DNA from: Batkoa obscura
Taxonomy: Eukaryota
DNA: 64,000 bases
Reading direction: 5' to 3'
Assembly: GCA_030770535.1 (NCBI GenBank)
Contig: JASVEC010000002.1
Span: 1,612,001-1,676,000, forward strand
The notes under the pieces were generated by a model. It saw only the letters and a list, made by a program, of their open reading frames with translations. It was not told where the DNA came from and made no database searches. Below, piece after piece: positions 13,158 to 25,052 of the stretch (position 1 is the stretch's first letter; each line of letters opens with the position of its first letter). A program made the position numbers and the translations under genes.

Positions 13158-14347
13158 CTTTTTCTTACTTGGCTTTTTATTCATTATATATATACTACTA
13201 AATATTTTAGAATCTAGATTAATGATTTTTTATTATACTCAACTTTGAAGACTATTTATACAAATAAGTTTTACATTAATCTTCATTATTACTTATCAAG
13301 TCAATTTAAAAATGGTTTAAAATCAAGCTAAAATTAAAACTTAATGCTTTATATATTAAGAAGTATCGATTCCTATAAATAGTAACTATCTCTTATTAAA
13401 AAGTTTGAAATAGCTTAAACCAAATGTTTGCTTATGAGTGCCCAGGATTTTTTAAAAAGAATGGTTTAATTTAAGCTACTGCAGCTCTATTGCGATATGA
13501 CTAACTGTTCATTTTAAAGTAAAAGTCAACTAAAACCAGATAAAATCTAACGATTAGATTTAAAGAGCCAAAAAAAACGTATGATTGACTCTAAAAACCT
13601 TCACAAACTAGACCACAATAGAGATGCAATAATTATATAAAGTTTCTTTTACTTTAATGCTCTTTGTTTTATGTTTATTGGTATGCTCTATATGCACTAT
13701 AGTTTTGCTTATTTCCTGATTGGTTTAATTTAGCGAATTTTTTAAGGTTGAATTTACTGTTTTTAATTTAAATATATTATTAAATGATTATGCTACGTAA
13801 TGTAATTTAGTACTTAATTTATTTTTAATCATTTTAATCCTTTAATTTAACTTTTATATAATAATTTGTTTTGATAGTTATAGATAAATGAGCACTTTTT
13901 GTTTTTTCTATCTTTATTGCAACTACAACTTTGTTAATTTATCCTCAAGTGATAAATGAATTTGTTATTCTTATTCTAAACTATTATATTAAAAAATAAA
14001 TTAAAAATGGTTTAATGAGAAACAGCTACTTTATGTATTATTAAAAGAATAAAAATTTATTTAAAAATTATTTAAAAATTATTTAAAAAATTTAAAGAAT
14101 AAAAAGGGGAAAGAAAAGTTTAAATATTTACTTTATAAGTAAACTTTTCTTTATTTAGGCCAAAATAACAAAAATTTGACAATCGCCGGAATAGATGTTC
14201 CGAAACATATTTAAAAAAAGAATGCATTGAATCAGTATCATAATATTATTATGTCGTATTAAAAATAAGATTGATAAATTAAAGAAGAGGAAGAGTATAT
14301 AAATGATCTTGTAGCAACCGAAATTAATTTAAAATTTTAATCATAAA

Positions 14348-14845
14348 ATGTCAGATTTAATTCAATATAAAATTAATCATTTAAAAGTTAACGCTTATTC
14401 CCCTGAAATGATTGTACTTCCTTCATATACAAAGAAAGTTAATTCTTTATCTTTACCTTCAATATCTTCTTTTATAAATGATTTAAATTATAACCAAGCT
14501 TTCAGTAATGATAATGAAAAATCAAAGGATACTTACATAGACAAAGAGTACACTGCTAGCTCATCTTATTCCTACTTATCGAGTCCATACAAGAGAACAG
14601 AATTAGATTATAATAACTTTTACTCAAACATTGAACTAGCGATTGATGAAGGGTTAGAACGTTTACCCATCAAACCTAAAAGAAAAAGAGCAGGCAAAGC
14701 ACAAATCAAAATACTAAATCAAATATTCTCAAAAACACCTTTTCCTAGCACAGAACTAAGGTCATTACTCTCTCATAAATTACGCATGTCTCCAAGGGCC
14801 ATCCAAATTTGGTTTCAAAATAAGAGGCAGATCAGCAAGAATTAA
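14348..14845 (+). CDS. Homeodomain transcription factor (single exon, C-terminal homeodomain)
   Basis: KPKRKRAGKAQIKILNQIFSKTPFPSTELRSLLSHKLRMSPRAIQIWFQNKRQ; LPSI motif. Confidence 0.9.
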   Translation: MSDLIQYKINHLKVNAYSPEMIVLPSYTKKVNSLSLPSISSFINDLNYNQAFSNDNEKSKDTYIDKEYTASSSYSYLSSPYKRTELDYNNFYSNIELAIDEGLERLPIKPKRKRAGKAQIKILNQIFSKTPFPSTELRSLLSHKLRMSPRAIQIWFQNKRQISKN

Positions 14846-15420
14846 TCAATTCCTTAAGCCTTTATTATTAATAATTTATTAAAATAAAATCTTTACTACT
14901 ACATGTAAATAAACTAATTTAAACTTAAGGTTAAACTTTTCTCCAGCTTCTATTTACTTATTGAATTGCAAATTAAGCATGATTAGTATGAAAAAATATG
15001 CATATTTTTTATAGAAATTAAGTTAGCTTTTTCTAAATTATATGCTACTTTAAAAAAATATAAAATAAATAAAAGAAAGCCATTCTTAAAATGTTTTACT
15101 TTATAGCTTTGATATTAGTCATATAAAGTTTGTGTACTCATATCTAAATCAAGTCATAAACTTATGTATGATTTAGGTTCTCTGACTCTCATAAATATAT
15201 TATATATAGTATTAGAACAACGCTATGACGCTATATAAAACTTCACAATTTTAAAAACTTTTTGAATAAAATGCCTCCAAATAGTTTATTATCAATAAAA
15301 GTACATAATTCTAAGGGACAAGTAAGTGAGCCGCTCTTCCACAGCTCCTTTACTTTGTTTAGTAGGAATTGTAACCGTAAATAAATTTGCTCTATAAAAA
15401 GAATTTTAAAATTATTATTT

Positions 15421-15589
15421 TACAGCTGTTATAGCTCTTCTGGGACTTTTTTAGCGACAATTTTTAGAATTAAATCATTTATACTCTAATGTCCTGAAGC
15501 CTACCTTTTTTATATTTAAAGCGAATTTTGTATAAATATATTTCTTAAATGAATTATTGATTGGGTCAAAAAAAATTACAGCAGCTGTA
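15421..15589 (+). mobile_element. MITE family 2 (~170 bp, TA-CAGCTG TIR, Tc1/mariner-like)
   Basis: TACAGCTGTTATAGCT...ATTACAGCAGCTGTA; homologous to 43345-43515. Confidence 0.75.
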
Positions 15590-17529
15590 ATACACAAATT
15601 AATCTAATGCGCTTTTGATTGCAGTGATTTTTAGAAGCATTATAAAAGTTGAGTAGTTTAAAAGCTAATTTAACCCAATTTAACTTTTTTTGTAAATAAT
15701 CTTCTATAACCAAATATAGGAAGTGCTAGAATAGTTATTACATTTGCTATAAACAAATATAATAATTGTCTATTTTTTATATCAAAAATTATTAAAAAAT
15801 TTAAATAAATATAATATAATATAAATACTGAAATTAAATGAATGTTATTTAAATTAACAAAGTTGTTTCAAATTGATTAATATGAATAAATAACCTCAAT
15901 TCAATAACTCTCGTTAGCTTCTATTTCAATAAAAAGTAATAAAGCATTTAAATAAATTATTTTTATACCAGCATTGTTAATATAAGATATAAGCTAAAAC
16001 TCCTGCCTTGATTTAAGTTTTATTCTATTCTTCTTGAAGCACTTTTATTTTACATTTTATATCATTGTTATTAATAATAATTTTTTCTAATTGCTTTATA
16101 CCTTTATTTAGAATATAAGTGAAAACTTTAATAAAATATAAATATGTTAGAAATTTATTCTTATTTGCATTTAGAGTTGATTTTAATATAATAGTTCATT
16201 ATAATTAGCCACAATAGATTCAATATCAAATAATATTAATAATGCAATGCCACACTTTTTTATCACAATCAAAATGTAAAGAAATAAAAGTAAATGGGGC
16301 TACTCCCATCCTAGCTTATATTTTTTCGCTAAATTAAAATCAACAATTATAGCATGACGAATAGCTGCTATATTAAAGGTTGATTTAAATAAAAACCTAT
16401 TATTTTTGCTTTATTTAAACCAGATTTTTCTTCAAGCCTGGTTTTTTAATTATTAATATTTATTTTTAAAACTTAGATATTAAATTAAAAATAGAGGACT
16501 TGTATCTGTTATCGATAGTAATAGATAGAATCCCTCTTAAAAATTTACCAAACCCTTCTACTTTAACTTTTCACACAAATTGATTTTCCTCCTAAGGGAC
16601 TATTCCTCTTTTAAAACTATTAACATTATATAATAAAATTTAATATAAAATATATAAATAACTCTATTTTATTAAAAATTTAATTTTTTAGCCGTTATGT
16701 AATCTAACATCACCATCATCTGTTTTATTAATGCCCGCTCTAATTCTAAATATAATTATAATAGATAAATATTATTTAATACAAATCGATATTAACGATT
16801 TTTATATATTAAATGAGTATCGTGACTGATAACCGTTTAAAGCAGTGCAGATGGCTTTGTTAAAAATTAAAAAGGTTTATTTCAAATAAGCTATTATCAT
16901 TAAAATTAATTTAATCTAATTATTAACAGGTCATCACACATTCCGCTACTTTTTTGGATTATATTTAAGTGGCTAAAGCGTATAACTACAACAACAATAA
17001 CTTCTTATAAAAAAGTAGGAGAGCTTTAGATCAAATTAACCTTAAGTAAAAACAATAGTTAAATTAAAAATTACTATTGGAATCAAGGACATGATTGATT
17101 TCTTTTGAAAAAGATATAGGGTATATGGAAAGACTTAACATCAAATCTAAAGTTCTAAATGAATAAAATATAACACCAAAACCTTTATATTTTTAACTTT
17201 TTTCAAAACTTTCATATAAAGTAACATCTCTCCTTAAAGCAGCATCCTCTTTTCAAAAACCATTACAGCTCCGTAATACCATCTTTATCCGTTTATAATA
17301 ATCCCTGCTCTATTTTTAAATACAATCGTAATGGAAATTTATTATTTGATACCAACTGATATAAATAAGCTTTGGTATAAAGAGAAGATCAGGATTAAGG
17401 GTTACTTGAGTTAGTGGGGTCGTCTTAGCTAAAAATTAAAAAGTTTTATTAGATCGATTCTTATATGCTCGGTCTTTGTATGCTGTTTCAAAAGACAGAT
17501 AAAAGTATAATTTCAACAAGAATTCACTA

Positions 17530-17697
17530 TACAGCTATTGTAACTCTTTTTATGACTTAATTAACTACTTATTTAAGAAAAAAATCTGTTAAAATCCAGC
17601 TAATATTAAAAATCGGGTTTTAAAAAAATTGGTTATATAAGTAATTCAATAATAAAAATAGCCCCTAGAATAGTTACAAAGAGGTTGAAAAGCTGTA
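17530..17697 (-). mobile_element. MITE family 2 copy
   Basis: TACAGCTATTGTAACTCT...AGAGGTTGAAAAGCTGTA. Confidence 0.65.
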
Positions 17698-18137
17698 TAT
17701 TATTCTAATTTCAGAATAGACTGAACATTTTTAATTTTATATTTACTGAATTTGATTATGATGACTTTTCTAATTTTACATTTAGCAAATACTAAGTTAA
17801 CTGGTAGAGATACGTAATTGCAATAGTAAAAGCTTCTATTGGAAAAAACCTATTGATATTATTAACTTCAAGGGAAAATAATGGTAGTTAGTTTAAATTT
17901 ACGTTGTAGCCAATAATTCTTTAGTTGATTTTAACATGGTATTAAGATATGTATAAAAATCTAATAGTTCCTTTGAAGTTTCGGATATTAGATAAAATAT
18001 AGTAGCAAAATCCTTAATTTTTTAAACTTTGTCCTTTAATATTTCACACAGAATATCACCATCATATATTTCTAATAATGCCTCTCTATTTTTAAACACT
18101 ATAGTAATGTACATACCTTGTTTGATATAAATTGATA

Positions 18138-18231
18138 GAGAATGTATTTTTTGTTGAAAAATCTTGCCAATAGTTATTCTACTCAAATAGTGCTTGAAAA
18201 ATGGGAAAAATAATAAAACTAAAAAAAACCG
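18138..18231 (+). mobile_element. MITE family 1 copy (degenerate)
   Basis: Core TCTACTCAAATAGTGCTTGAAAAATGGGAAAAA; ends eroded. Confidence 0.65.
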
Positions 18232-19133
18232 TATAAATAAACTTTGGAACAAATTCATATTAGAATTAAAAATTGTTTTAAGTCACTAAAAATGATATGA
18301 TTAAAAATTGGAAAACTAATTTTAAATAAGCTATTTTTCTTAAAGTCGATAATTTAATTTATTGTTTCAGTGATTTTAACCTTATTTACACAAAAGTCTT
18401 TTTTTTGGTTTGAGTTAATATTTTTAACTATATTACATTAAGAAAATATCTCAAAAAAAAAGCACTTTATGGTGTGGTTAATAAATTATATCATACAAAG
18501 GAGTTGCAATTACTATTTTAGGTGAACAATGCAATAGCTGCACTTACTAGTGTAAGAAAGCAAGTATTAGTTTGATGATATAATCTTCTACAAAAAACAG
18601 TAACCTTCTAAGAACCAAAATTTTTTGAAGAACCAATTTAATGTTCATGATTACTTAAAGCATTGAAAATTAAGCCTTGAAGATTTTCAAAAGAAAAAAC
18701 TTGCAATATATATGCAGTCAATAAAGCGAATAATTCCTACTTAAATTGCGAAATAATATCAAATATATTTATTTAGCGATATTTACTTTCAAGGTATCAA
18801 TTTATTACTATTACATAAATGCCATGTAGTCATTTTTTATATTGTTATCTTATTTCTAGTAGTCTATTTTTATTTTATTTAACTTGTTTAATTTATTTTA
18901 TAAAATGTCAAAACAACCAATCAAGTTTTTAAAGTTCTTTATTAGAACATCACATTTTTCGACTGTTGTGACACCACAAGATGCAGTCTAATATCAAAAA
19001 ATGATAATCTAAAAACCATTTAGTAACATGGAAGTATTATATTTGAATCCGTAAATTGAGTGTTGAAATAAGTATATAAATAAAAAAGAAAACAATAAAT
19101 AGGATCAATAAAATTAACTAAAATTAATTAAAA

Positions 19134-20207
19134 ATGGTATTTGAACCCCCTAAGCAAATTAGAAATAACAGTAACCAATATAATGTTCAGACGAAACAAT
19201 ATAGTAGTGAAAGTGAGTTATGTGTTTACCATATTCACCCAAGTAAAACTGGTAACAACCCAGCACCATTGATTGTATTTATTGAATCAGCTATCTTTTT
19301 ATTACCTGAGGCAGCGATCGGCTTTGATCAAGCAGCTGAAAAATTAAGTCAGTCAGGAATCCACGTTGTACGATTGCAATATCGTTTAACTACCAAAGAA
19401 AATAACCTTCAATTTCCAAATCATTTACTTGACTGTATGAAAGGATATATCGATATCATAACAAAATCAGATTTAAACTATAGTTCCATTCATTTAGCTG
19501 GTCATTCGGTCGGTGGTTTAATGTCTCTTTTGATTGGTTTTAGTTCAACTAAGTATTTAAAATATTTAAATACTAATTATAATACCAGTGATTTATTGTC
19601 GCTATTTAAAAAAATCAATGGTATTATTTCAATTGCTGGTGTATTTGATTTAGCTGCAATTGCTAAATACAATGCTTTTTTTAACAATAATGTTGCTACC
19701 ATGGCTTTTCAAGTGGAAGGATGCCGAATTTCAAAGGTAGTTATACATTCGCCTGAGTCAGAAGATATTTCAAGAGTGTTTGTTCCTCCTCCAATAAAGT
19801 CAGAAGAAATTTCACGTGAATCTACAAATACTACGAAACCTGATCAAGTTGAGTCTGAATCTGAAAGCATAACACGAATGGGTATATGCCATCCGAGAAT
19901 GGGTATTTGTAGTACATTAAAAGAATATTCAGCAACTTCAATTTCATTAAAAGATATTAATGAAATGAATTATTCTAATTTACCAAAAGTTTTATTAATT
20001 GGATCTAAGGAAGATACTGCTGCCCCAGTGGAACAACTACTTCAATATAATCAACACTTATCAAGTTTAAATGTCAAGGATGTCACCTTATTCTATGATA
20101 ATTTTGGTAACCATAATCAGTTATTTTTAAATTCATCTGTTATTCAAAAAATGGCCAACTTTATTCATTCCAGTAATTATAAGAATCTCTATATGGCTAA
20201 GTTATGA
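19134..20207 (+). CDS. Derived alpha/beta hydrolase (paralog B) with internal [R/K]-X5-P repeat insert and PTS1 (AKL)
   Basis: Closely similar to paralog A outside the insert; AGHSVG, KEDTAAP, GNHN, terminal AKL; intronless. Confidence 0.88.
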   Translation: MVFEPPKQIRNNSNQYNVQTKQYSSESELCVYHIHPSKTGNNPAPLIVFIESAIFLLPEAAIGFDQAAEKLSQSGIHVVRLQYRLTTKENNLQFPNHLLDCMKGYIDIITKSDLNYSSIHLAGHSVGGLMSLLIGFSSTKYLKYLNTNYNTSDLLSLFKKINGIISIAGVFDLAAIAKYNAFFNNNVATMAFQVEGCRISKVVIHSPESEDISRVFVPPPIKSEEISRESTNTTKPDQVESESESITRMGICHPRMGICSTLKEYSATSISLKDINEMNYSNLPKVLLIGSKEDTAAPVEQLLQYNQHLSSLNVKDVTLFYDNFGNHNQLFLNSSVIQKMANFIHSSNYKNLYMAKL

Positions 20208-21623
20208 TTTTGCTATCTTGAACATTCTACAGTATTAGAATAAATTACATCCTATTTTTTTAACATTTTTTTAAATTGTTTATTTGATGAATTTTCTAAA
20301 ATTGAACTTTTTTTATAAAAGTAAATTTAAGTAAAGCTTCAAACCTCCGTATCTTTTTTATAGTAAGGTGTGAAGGAGTTAACTCGTAAGTTTTCTTATA
20401 TACTACTTTTCAAATATGTTTAAACCCTGTTATTTCTTATTTAAACTCTTGAATCTTTTTAATACTAATGATGTCTTTACATACCATATCATAGCCTCCC
20501 ATTCCTTTTTGTCTTTCTCTAAGCTTATGGATCATCTACTCATATTATTTAAAAATCTCAGCTGACAACACCTTCCACATGATATTGGTTTATCTTTGTC
20601 TTGTCAGAGCCAAATTATAGGAGTTAGGATCTAAAACAACTAAACATAGTCCTTCAAAATTAAAAGCAAGAGCACTTACCTTAAACCATAGCTTCCCAAC
20701 TTAGTAATCCCATTTACTATATCTGTCCATGGCATCTCTTATTTAGTTACATTGTATTGTCCAGATGATTAGCTAATACTTAATTGAAATTGGGACAAAA
20801 TACTTGTGTAGCATAAAATTTTTGTGATAAAAAGGCTCATAATTTTTTTTATGAATTTTGGCAGAAGTCCTCAAAATTAATCACTTACATCAAACATAAA
20901 GCAAGGCTAAATTTACAATGTTTGATTTTGGATCGGATTTTTCTAATTAGTAGTATTATTACAAAGTAATTTAGATAGGAGTTTCAAATTTGTTTATTAA
21001 TTTGTAATATGAAAATCATTTTTTATCTTTTGTGATTGATTGAAACGGTATTAGTCAGTATACAAAATAAAAACAAAAATAAAATAACAACCAAAATAAA
21101 ATTATTATCAAAAGTTCCATCATTTCAATCAATATTCAAAAATAGGTATACCACAATTGTATTAAACTTTATTATATTCCAACTTAAAAAAGCAATAACT
21201 GATACAATTAAGTTGTATTCATTCTTTGGAAGCACTATTTTTTTTTAAAACTATAGTAATTATTTTTAGTATTTTATGCATCCTCTTCCGTCTTATGAGT
21301 TATAATATGACGTATATAATCATACTTAATTCTGGTGCGAGTAATTTATTTTGAATTCATTCTCTGTCTTTATCTTATATCAAACTGGAATACTAAATTT
21401 AACAATTATCATCGGTTCAACTATGATTAATATCATTTCCTTATTTCAATACAAAGAAATAAGATTTGTTATAACAATTAGTTGGATATTATTTTATTAT
21501 TGTATTTTAATTATTATATCTAATATATCTAATAGCGCTTTTTTAATTGGCAAATTAGACTTCTTATATCTCAATTGTATGTTATATTCTACTATAGCTT
21601 TTCTTTTAAAGATTCTAATATTT

Positions 21624-21720
21624 GAGGATGTATTTGTGTTTAAGAATTCTGTTAACAATTTTTCCGCTTAAATAGCGCTTAAAAGATGGAAAAAGTAATG
21701 AAACCAAAAAAAACATCCCC
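21624..21720 (+). mobile_element. MITE family 1 copy with ATTT target duplication, abutting a partial opposite-strand copy (21721-21765)
   Basis: ATTT-GAGGATG...CATCCCC-ATTT. Confidence 0.85.
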
Positions 21721-22642
21721 ATTTGAGTGGAAAGATTGTTAGTAAAATTAAGCAAAAAAATATAGTTTAATATATTATTAACTTTTGTACTGTTGAATAA
21801 AAACCCTTTTTAAACCAATTTGATCGATATAATATCTCCAGAAATCTTAATTTATTTATTCTTTATTGATAATAAAGTATTTATTATTATATAGCATTTT
21901 AAGTAAAATCTAAAGCATAAAGTTTTAAGTTAATTTAAAATAAACGTTATTATTATAAAAAGCCCAATTAGATTATTATTAATTATCATCTATCAACTAG
22001 TCTAAAATGTAATTATTCTATCTTATTTTTTAGCAAGTGAAATTAATAAAGTGTTATTTAGAAAATCAGTTTAAATGAACAGTTATTTAGCTTTCTGTTG
22101 ACTTTGATATCTTGTATCACATTATTAAAACATTAGTAGAGGTAGCTTTATCTTGAATCTTCTCAATAATAAGATTATTATTTAATGATTTTTTTTAAAA
22201 AACCCTTAAATCATTACCATAAATGGTAAATACTTTAAGTTTTAAAACAATTAATAAAATCTAATTGAATATTTTCAACTATAGTAAAGAGACAACTATT
22301 GCTAAGTTTAAATTAAATGATTTAAAATAATTAAAATAGTTAACAGCACCACTATATTAATAAATAAAATTGTTAATATCGATTGAAACAACCATTCTCA
22401 TTATACCACTAAAAGAAATATATTTGAGTATCTAACTAGAAATTCAAGTAAGCCATTTCAAAAATATTAATTCAAATAAATTAAACCGCAAAGGTAGTTA
22501 ATCCAACTAAGATTCATTAAGCTAAATATACCCTAGAAAAAAATATATAAAAGCCTCAACAGTGTACACCAATTTAATATCATCAACATTTCAATATCTA
22601 AACAAACAATCTACTAAATTTCATTAATAATAACAGTAAAAT

Positions 22643-23641
22643 ATGAAGCTCGCAAGTTTTTTAGTTAGTTTAATTGCATACACTGCTATAATTGAGGCTG
22701 TGCCTTTACAACGTCGTACTTTTGGTATGCTAAATGAATTTAACTTACTTAAAGGGATTTTGGGTGGTAGTAGTAGTAGTAAAAGTAAATCTAAGGAATC
22801 TAACTCTGGTAGTAGTTCAAATACTCATAGTAATACTAATAATATGAATAGTACTCATAACAATGGTATGACTAATAATAGTAACAATAACGATAATAAT
22901 AGTAATACTAACAATAATAGTAATACTTTTAATAGCAATTCAATTAATAATAGCAACACTTCCAACAGTAATTTAATTAATAATAATGCCAATATCGACT
23001 TTATTAATAAGTTAATTAATTCGAATCTTAATAATGGTCAAGGTTTCAACGATAATTTCATTGCCAATTTTAATAATAATAATAATAATTCAGGTAGTAA
23101 TTTTAGTAATATTTTAAATAATGGAAATAACAATATTAACAATAATTCTAATGATATTATCAATTCTCAAAAGATCAATAATAGCAACTCCTTTACCAAT
23201 GGTTCTTCTTCCAGTAGTTCATCATCATCATCTTCTAACAATGAATCTGTTTGTCATCAACCTTCTTCCTCTTCATCTAGCTCTAACTGTTCTCTGAACG
23301 GTAAGAACCCATGTAACAATGGTCCAAACGATAAATGTGCACCAGGAAGTGGTTCCTCTTGTAGAAATGGTCCAAGTGATAAGTGCGCTCAAAATGTTAC
23401 TGGCTCTTCTTCCACTTGTAATAGTACTTCTTCTAGTAACAATTGTCCACCTAATAATGATAATTCTCCATCTACCTCTTCCTCTCCAATTAAGGATAGC
23501 TCTTCCACTGAAAATAGTAATTCTTCCTCTTCTTCCTCTTCTTCAAGCAGTAGTTCATCCAATAGTTCTTTGAATAACAATTTCAATATTCCAAACAATT
23601 ATCAGGTCGTTCCACCACCACCCCATGGCAATAAATATTAA
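22643..23641 (+). CDS. Secreted Asn/Ser-rich low-complexity protein with Cys-containing repeat
   Basis: Signal peptide MKLASFLVSLIAYTAIIEA, propeptide VPLQRR, poly-N/S, duplicated C(N/R)NGP(N/S)DKCA; TATATAAA upstream. Confidence 0.8.
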   Translation: MKLASFLVSLIAYTAIIEAVPLQRRTFGMLNEFNLLKGILGGSSSSKSKSKESNSGSSSNTHSNTNNMNSTHNNGMTNNSNNNDNNSNTNNNSNTFNSNSINNSNTSNSNLINNNANIDFINKLINSNLNNGQGFNDNFIANFNNNNNNSGSNFSNILNNGNNNINNNSNDIINSQKINNSNSFTNGSSSSSSSSSSSNNESVCHQPSSSSSSSNCSLNGKNPCNNGPNDKCAPGSGSSCRNGPSDKCAQNVTGSSSTCNSTSSSNNCPPNNDNSPSTSSSPIKDSSSTENSNSSSSSSSSSSSSSNSSLNNNFNIPNNYQVVPPPPHGNKY

Positions 23642-25052
23642 ATTTTTAATGCTTTGCTGAACAAGAGTCTATTTTTAAATTTAAATTCAAATTTTAAATT
23701 TTATAGTTTATAGTCTATATTTAGAATTTATAAATATATTCTATAGTTTTAAATAGCTATTTTTTTGAAATATTTAGAATATGTTTTAGTTGTATTTGAC
23801 TTAGTATTGAATTGTTTTAATTTCAATATTTTAAAATAAATTCATGAACACCCTATCAAAAAACTCAGCAATTGTTAAGCTAATTTCTTAAATGATCAAC
23901 TTAATTTTGGGTTGCATAGAAATTTGCCAAAGTTGTTAATTATTGGTTAAAACTCTAAATTTACTCATAAAATACTAATTTTTATCTGAATTCTTCATCA
24001 AAAAATACTTCAGTTTTAACTATTTTTATCTAATCATAAAATCATCCTTACTATTTAATAAAAAATTCAAATTAATAGAACTAATGGAGCTAATAGACAA
24101 GTAAGCCATGTATTATTTTATTAAAAATAGAACTTGATTTATTTATAACCTATACCCCTCACTTAAAAACTAAGATCTCAGTCCCTTATACTAATCTTAT
24201 TTTTAAATTATTTTATCTTTCCAGTTTTTTAATTAGTTTATTCATTGTAATTATTAAAAATATGATATCAAAACAAGTAGTCTACAAACTACGTCAATAG
24301 AAATATGGTAAAAAAAGTAAGTCATTTTTTATTACAAAAAATTATAAAAGTTAATGCTAGCTGATAAAGTGTATAATAAAAGTTAAGTCTATTCAGTTAA
24401 ATTTGATATTCAATATTTTGAACTTAATATTAAATGCTCCCATATTGTTATCAATTCCTTTAATTTAACTTTATAGTACTGGATTTCTTATTAAACAATT
24501 TACTTATGCCCATATTTTAATTAACGATTCAATTTATCCCTTTAATTCAAAGTTGAGAACAAGGACCTGTCATACTTTCATGCTGGAATCTATCAGTGAT
24601 GAATTGAAGTCTTGTCAAATACAGTCATAGCTATTTTTTTAAATTGTGTTCTGGTTGGTCTAATTTTTAAGTGAAAGGATTCTGTTTTTAGAGTAGAGAT
24701 AAAAAATTTACTAATGTTTGAATTTGGGGACATTTATCAACAAGTAAATAATTCAAGGCCTAAAAAAAGGATCAAAAATCGAACAAAAAAAATAAAAATC
24801 AATATTTTGAATCAAACTAAGTCTTCAGATAAGCTTAATTATAATATTTCGTTTAAAGTACCCTCTAATTAAAAATAGAATATGGATTTGAATTTCAATG
24901 ACTGTTTCATTATAAAAATAGAATTTGTTAAAAATCCAAGCAAGTTCTGCTTAGTGAGATGGGTTGAAATAAACAAAAAATTAGCTTAAAATACGATATA
25001 TAAAAAGGTAACTAGAATATTAAGAAAAAATAAACAATTAATAAATTGAATA

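Noticed and set aside
23319..23598. Overlapping ORFs 23319-23573 and 23389-23598 (poly-Glu)
   Set aside because: Shadows of the Ser-rich TCT repeats in gene 22643-23641.
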